Under the pieces are notes generated by a model. It made no database searches, was not told the DNA's origin, and worked only from the letters and a program-made list of their open reading frames with translations. Position numbers and translations under genes: made by a program. A stretch of 64,000 bases of DNA from the human T2T-CHM13v2.0 reference genome, Homo sapiens: the NCBI RefSeq assembly GCF_009914755.1, contig NC_060935.1; one strand, written 5' to 3'. Position 1 is the stretch's first letter. Each line of letters starts with the position of its first letter. Shown here piece after piece: positions 54,691 to 64,000 of this stretch.

Positions 54691-55499
54691 AGCATGTACA
54701 TATATTTCTGCACACATGCACACTTACTTTCTGTCTTAAACTTATCTTAGTTTTTATGGTGAGGTAATTGTGTCATTCAATTATCTACTAATTCATTCTT
54801 GAGATAACTAATCCCTGGTTGGAGAAAAACAATCACAATTACTCAAACAGCTTTGAAGAATCAATGCATTGGAATTCAAAATTGACAAAGTCAAAAGGAG
54901 CTCTAATAATTGTAATTAGGAGGAAGGAAAGATATCAGTAGATGCTGCACTATAAAATTCAAACCAGTTCAGTTATTGGTGGCATGTTACACCTGTAAGC
55001 AAATTAAAGAGCTTGTCGTAAGAGATTTGGAAAGCTAACTGCTCACAGGATATCCGTTGAACATTTGGCTTTTGTGGGTTGAGGGCAGTTTGGTGAAGCT
55101 GATGCTGACACTCTGGAAAATACATTTTTTTGCCAGTTATAGCTAATCTTTCATAATTGGTATGAAATTAGTAACTCATCTAAGCCAGGTGTTGGGTTAT
55201 TTAACTGGTTGCTTTGAGGAGGAGCTGCTTTGATATGCAAGGAACTGTCTTGTTTAGCAAGTTGTTAATGCCTACATATTAAGCATCTTTCTTTTTTTTT
55301 CCAGTGTATTTTAAGGCAGAAGATGAACCAGGTATCACATTATTCCATATCCACAAGCCACAAGTTTTTAAAATTTGAACTAAATACCTGCCAATTATGG
55401 ATTAATCACTTTAACCTTCACAGCATTATTTTTCTTTTGAAGAAAGAAAAACTTACAAAAGGTAAGTCTAACCTAGACCATATTATTGATAATAGTTAA

Positions 55500-55705
55500 A
55501 AATTCCTTAGTTTTAAATACTTTACCTGTATTATCTCATTTAATCTTTACAAACTTGAAAAATAATTGTTTTATTAATTTCATTTTAAAGATGACGAGAA
55601 TAAAGCTTAGAGAAGCCAAGTGCTTTGCCCAGTCTAAAAACTGAAGAAGCTAAAATTTAAAATGAGGTCTGGCTGACACCAATATTTGTTCTTAATCATT
55701 ACCCT
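55500..55705 (-). mobile_element. MIR
   Basis: tattatctcatttaatctttacaa...cattttaaagatga...gcttagagaag...ttgccca...aggtctggctgac. Confidence 0.75.
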
Positions 55706-55862
55706 ATAGTACTTTTATGAAGAGAGTCTAACTTTGATAACATAAAAATTAACATTATATATACATAAATAATTGTTTAATTTAACTAACATTAATTGAG
55801 TATTTCAGATGCATGAAGCACAGGAACACAAAGAATATAATGGCTTAAACATATACCCTTCT

Positions 55863-58800
55863 CACCAACCTACTTAAACTGTTATAAAAAATAGAAGAAG
55901 ATGAAATACTTCCAGACTCATTGTACAAGGCCAGCATGACCATGATACCAAAACCAGGCAAAGACATCAGAAAATGAAAACTATAGACCAATATCTCTGA
56001 TGAATATTGATGCAAAAATCCCCAACAAAATACTAGCAAACCAAATTCAACAATACATTAAAAAGATTAATCATCATGACCAAGTGGGGTTTATCCTAGT
56101 TATGCAAGGATGATTCAACATTCACAGATCAAAAAATGTGATACACAATATCAACAGACTGCAGGACAAAAAGCATATAACCATTTTAATTGGTACTGAG
56201 AAGGCATTTGATAAAGTTCAGCATCCCTTCATGATGAAAAACTGGATACAGAAGGAACACATCTCAATATAATAAAAGTCATATGTATTAGTTTGTTTCC
56301 ATGCTGCTGATAAAGTCGTATCTGAGACTAGGCAATTTACAAAATAAATAGGTTTAATGTACTCATGTTTCCATGTGGCTGGAGGGAGCCTCACAATCAT
56401 GGTGGAGGGCAAAAGCATGTCTCACATGGTGGCAGACAAGAAAAGAGAACTTGTGCAGGGAAACTTCACTTTATAAACCCATTGGATCGCATGAGACATA
56501 TTCACTATCATGAGTATAGCATGGGAAAGTCCTGCCCCTATGATTCAATTACATCCCATCGTGTCCCTCCCACAACACATGGGCATTGTGGGAGCTACTA
56601 TTCAAGATGATATTTTTGGTGAGGACACGGCCAATCCATATCATTCCACTTTGGCTGCTCCCAAATCTCAAGGCCTTACATTTCAAAACCAATCATGCCT
56701 TCCCCACAGTCCCCTAAGTCTCAACTCATTTCAGCATTAATTCAAAAGTCCACAGTCCAAAGTCTCATTTGAGACAAGGAAAGTCCCTTCTGCCTATGAG
56801 CCTGTAAAACCAAAAGCAAGTTAGTTACTTCCTAGATACAATGGGGGTACAGGCATTGGATAAATACACCCATTCTAAATGGGAGAAATTGGCCAAAATG
56901 AAGGGGCTACAAGGCTCCATGCAAGTTCAAAATCCAGCAGGGCAGTCAAATCTTAAAGTTCCAAAAAATGATCTCCTTTGACTCCATGTCTCACATCCAG
57001 GTCATGCTGATGCAAGAGGTGGGTTCCCATGGTCTTGGGCAGCTCTACCCCTGTGGCTTTGCAGGGTATAGCTTCTGTCTCAGCTGCTTTTATGGGCTGG
57101 TATTGTGTATCTGCAGCTTTTCCAGGTGCATGGTGCAAGCTGTTGGTGGATCTACCATGCTAGGATCTGGAAGACAGTGACCCTCTTCTCACAGCTCCAC
57201 TAGGCAATGTCCCAGTGGGAATTCTGTGTGGGGGCACCCACCTCACATTTCCTTTCCACGCTGCCTTAGCAGAAGTTCTCTATGAGCACCCTTCCCCTGA
57301 AATAAACTTCTGCCTGGACATACAGGCATTTTCATATATCCTCTGAAATCCAGGCAGAGGTTCCTAATCAATTCTTGACTCTGTGCACTTGCAGGCTCAA
57401 CACCACATGGAAGCTGCCAAGGATTGGGCCTTGCACCCTCTGAAGTCATGACCCAAGCTGTACCTTGGCCCCTTTTAGTCACGGCTGGAGTGGCTGGGAT
57501 GCAGGGCACCAAGTCCCTAGACTGCAGCAGAAGGACCCTGGGCCCAGCCCATGAAATCATTTTTTCTTCCTAGGCCTCCAGGCCTGTGATGCGAGGGGCT
57601 CCTGTGAAGGTCTATGATGTGTCCTGGAGACATTTTACCCATTGTCTTGGTGATTAATATTCAGCTCCTCCTTACTTATGCAAATTTCTGCAGCAGGCTT
57701 GACTTTCTCTTCAAAAAATGGGATTTTCTTTTCTATTACATTGTCAGGCTGCAAATTTTCTGAACTTTTATGCTCTGTTTCCCTTTTAGAACTGAATGCT
57801 TCTAACAGCACTCAAGTCACCTCTTGAATGCTTTGCTGCTTAAAAATTTCTTCCGTCAGATACCCTATATCATTTCTCTCAAGTTCAAAGTTCCACAGAT
57901 CTCTAGGGCAGGGGCAAAATGCCACCACTCTCTTTGCTAAAACATAACCAGAGTCACCTTTGCTCCAGTTCTCAACAAGTTCCTCATCTCTATCTGACAC
58001 CACCTCAGCCTGGATTTCATTGTCCATATTATTGTTAGCATTTTGGCCAAGGCCATTCAACAAGTCTCTAGGGAGTTCCAAACATCCCCACATTTTCCTG
58101 TCTTCTTCTGAGCCCTCCAAACTGTTTCAACCTCTGCATGTGACCCAGTTCTAAAGTCACTTCCACATTTTCTGATATCTTTTCAGCAACGCCCCACTTC
58201 ACTGGTACCAATTTACTGTATTACTCAATTTTCATGCTGCTGATAAACACATACCCAAGACTGGGCAATTTACAAAAGAAAGAGATTTAATGGACTCAGA
58301 GTTCCACGTAACTGGGGAGACCTCCCAATCATGGTGGAAGGCAAAAGTCATGTCTTTCATGGCAGCAGATAAGAGAAGAAAACTTGCGCAGGGATACTCC
58401 CCTTTATAAAACCATCAGATCTCATAAGACTTACTCATTATCAAAGAATAGCATGGGAAAGACACACCTCCATGATTCAATTACCTCCCTCCAGGTCCCT
58501 CCCACAACAGTTGGGAATTGTAGGAGCTACAATTTAAGATGAGTTTGGGGTGGGGACATAGCCAAACCGTATTACCATATATTGACAGACCCACAGGTAA
58601 TATCACACTGAACAGGGAAAAAATGAAAGCCTTTCCTGTAAGATCTAGAACACTACAAGAATGCCCATTTTTACCACTGTTATTCAATATAGTCCCAGAA
58701 GTCTTAGCTAGAGCAATCAGACAAGAGAAATAAATAATTGGAAGTCAAGTTATCCTTGTTTGCAGGTGATGTAATCTTATATATGGAAAAACCTAACGAT

Positions 58801-60800
58801 GCCACCAAAAAATATAAAAACTGATAAAAAATTCAGTAAAGTTGTAAGATACAAAATCAACATACAAAAATTAGTAGCATTTCTTATGCCAACAGTTAAC
58901 AATCTGAAAAAGAAATCAAAAAGTAATCCCATTTACAATAACCACAGACAAAAGCAATTACCTGGTAATTAACTTAACCAAAGAAGTAAAAGATCTCTAC
59001 AAACAAAACTAGAAAACACTGGTGAAAGAAACTAAAAAGGGCACAAAAAATGGAAAGATATTCTATTTTCAATAATGTTAAAATGTCCATACTTCTCAAA
59101 GCAATCTACAGATTTAATGCAATCCCTATCAAAATACTGACATTCCTCAAAGAAATAAAGAAAAAACTTCTAAAATTTACATAGAACCACAAAAGACCCA
59201 GATTAAGCAAAGCTTTCTTAAGCAAAAAGATCAAAACTGGAGGAATCTCTTTACCTGACTTCAAATTATACTGCAGAGATATAGTAACTAAACATCATGG
59301 TATGGCATAAAGCAGACACACACAGACACATAGACCAATGTAGCAGAATAGAGAACCCAGAAATAAATTGACACTCCTACAATGAACTTATTTTCTACAA
59401 AGATGCCAAGATCACACATTGAGTGTTAGACAGTCTCTTTAATAAATAGTCCTGGAAAAACTGGATATCCATATGCAGAAGTAAAATTCACCACTATCTC
59501 TCACCTTATACAAAAATCAAATCAAAATAGATTACATACTTAAATCAAAGACCTCAAAATATGAAACTAACACAAGAAACATACTGGGGAAACTCTCTAG
59601 GACATTGGTCCTGGCAAAAATTTCTTGAGTAATAATAGCCCATAAGCCCATGCAACCAAAGCAAAAATGGACAAATGGGATCACATCAAAATGAAAAGCT
59701 TCTACACAGCAAAGGAAACAATCAACAAAATGAAGAGACAACCCACAGAATGGGAGAAAATATTTGCAAACTACCCATCTGAACAAGGGATGAATCACTA
59801 GAATACATAAGAAGCCCAAACAACTCTAGCAAAAATTCGAATAATCTGATCAAAAAATGGGCAAAATATTTAAATAGGTATTTCTCAAAAGAAGACACAC
59901 AAATGGAAAACAAGTATATGAAATACTGCTCAACATTGTTGATCATCAGAGAAATGCAAATCAAAGTTACCATGAGATAGCATCTCACTGTAGTTAAAAT
60001 GGCTTTTATCCAAAAGTCAGGCAATAACAAATGCTGGTGAGGATGTGGAGAAAAGGGAACCCTTGTACACTGTTGACGGGAATGTAAATTAATATAACCA
60101 CAATTGAGAACAGTTTGGAGGTTCCTCAAAAACTAAAAATAAAGCTATCATATGATACAGCAATCCCACTACTGGGCATATATCCAAAGAAAGGAAATCA
60201 ATATATCAAAGAGATACCTGCATTCATAGCCAAGATTTCGAAGCAACATAAGTGTCCTTTAACAGATGAATGGATAAATAAAATGTGGTACATATACACA
60301 GCAGAGTTCTATTCAGCCATAAGAAAGAAATTCTGTCATTTGCAACAATATAGATGGAACTAAAGTTTATTATGTTAAGTAAAATAAGCCAGGCACAAGA
60401 AGATAAACATCATATGTTATCACTTATTTCTGGAATCTAAAAGTCAAAACAATTGTATTTATGAAGATAGAGAATAGAAGTATGGTAGGGTAGTATAGTT
60501 TTGTGGGTAGGGGGAGATAGGGATGGTTATCGTACAAGATAATTAGAATGAATAAGACCTAGTATTTGATAGCACAAGAGGGTGACTATAGTCAATTATA
60601 ATTTAATTGCACATTTAAAAATAACTAAAAGTATAATTGGATTGTGTCTAAGACAAAAGATAAATGTTTGATTGGATGGATACCCATCAAACATTTCATG
60701 ATGTGATTATTATATATTACATGCCTATAACAAAATATGTTATGTACCCTGTAACTATATATACGTACTATGTACCCACAAATATTAAAAAAGAATTTAA
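55863..60800 (+). mobile_element. 5'-truncated L1MA2-like element interrupted by THE1B
   Basis: ORF2 RT-region text (atacttccagactcatt..aaggccagcat; ttgtttgcaggtgat); L1MA1-3 type end (tactatgtacccacaaa); degenerate TSD aaacatatacccttct (55847-55862) and aaagatatgccctttct (60801-60817). Confidence 0.88.
56284..58574 (-). mobile_element. Complete THE1B element (LTR 56284-56643, internal, LTR 58217-58574)
   Basis: THE1B-type tgctgctgataaa...ggcaatttacaaaa; THE1-int collinear with the 9982-11599 copy; TSD tcata/ccata; L1 text aaaagc|catatatgacagaccc is restored when it is removed. Confidence 0.92.
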
Positions 60801-61160
60801 AAAGATATGCCCTTTCTTTAAATAACATAGACTATTGTACAAGAAATTAGATGTCTCCAAATATAACTATGATTTTGAATGCCAAATATAGGATACATAG
60901 GAAAAAGAGTGAGATTTCAGGAAAAAACTGCTATGCATAGGTTTAGGTAAAGAGTATAATTAAAAAAGCAAACCCAGAGATAGCATGTACTAAAGTACCA
61001 CTGTTTGGAATTTTTCGTGAGTGTGTGTGTTTATAATGTAAGTCTCTTTCATTGGTGAATTTTTTCTGATATTTTGTTGTTGTTAAATAGAGCACTTGGT
61101 TTTCCTCCCAGAATATTGCCAACTGATTGCTACTCTCATTACTAATTTTATTGATTATAT

Positions 61161-63715
<2,555 letters not shown>

Positions 63716-64000
63716 TTTTTCTTTTTTCTTTTTCTTTTTTTTTAGTATTTATTGATCATTCTTGGGTTTTTCTCAGAGAGGGGGATGTGGCAGGGTCATA
63801 GGATAATAGTGGAGAGAAGGTCAGCAGATAAACACGAGAACAAAGGTCTCTGGTTTTCCTAGGCAGAGGTCCCTGCGGCCTTCGGCCCTGTTTGTGTCCC
63901 TGGGTACTTGAGGTTAGGGAGTGGTGATGACTCTTAACAAGCATGCTGCCTTCAAGCATCTGTTTAACAAAGCACATCTTGCACCGCCCTTAATCCATTT
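63716..64000 (-). mobile_element. SVA 3' end (SINE-R and poly(A)), older subfamily (SVA_B/C-like), continues beyond the window
   Basis: T-rich tail, tttattgatcattcttggg, ggcagggtcataggataatagtggag, aagcatctgtttaacaaagcacatcttgcaccgcccttaatccattt. Confidence 0.95.

Overview
AT-rich, CpG-poor primate genomic DNA (hominoid, most likely human, given an SVA, AluY, THE1 and L1PA). It looks like a gene desert or the interior of a large intron. I can support no intact host protein-coding gene, RNA gene or CRISPR array. The longer ORFs in the track are decayed L1 ORF2, THE1-internal, HSMAR2 or microsatellite frames. Roughly half or more of the window is nested transposable elements: L1PA/L1PB/L1MA/L1MB/older L1M, two complete THE1 (MaLR) elements with both LTRs and TSDs, a THE1D solo LTR, an ERVL pol remnant, a MER50-like solo LTR, a full-length HSMAR2 mariner, MER2/Tigger3a/MER47/MER58, Alus, L2/MIR and the 3' end of an SVA. 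The signal not explained by repeat annotation is a set of DNA-repair or template-switch scars. These are a ~98-bp inverted copy taken from 1.5 kb away, two ~200-bp dispersed direct duplications, two fold-back micro-insertions, a tailless AluY fused to an L1 3' end, a doubly truncated Alu and a ~100-bp internal L1 ORF2 fragment with its own A-tail. There are also two weak candidate exons. I found no evidence of a novel multi-gene system. Subfamily calls come from recalled consensus sequences, and boundaries of old repeats are approximate.
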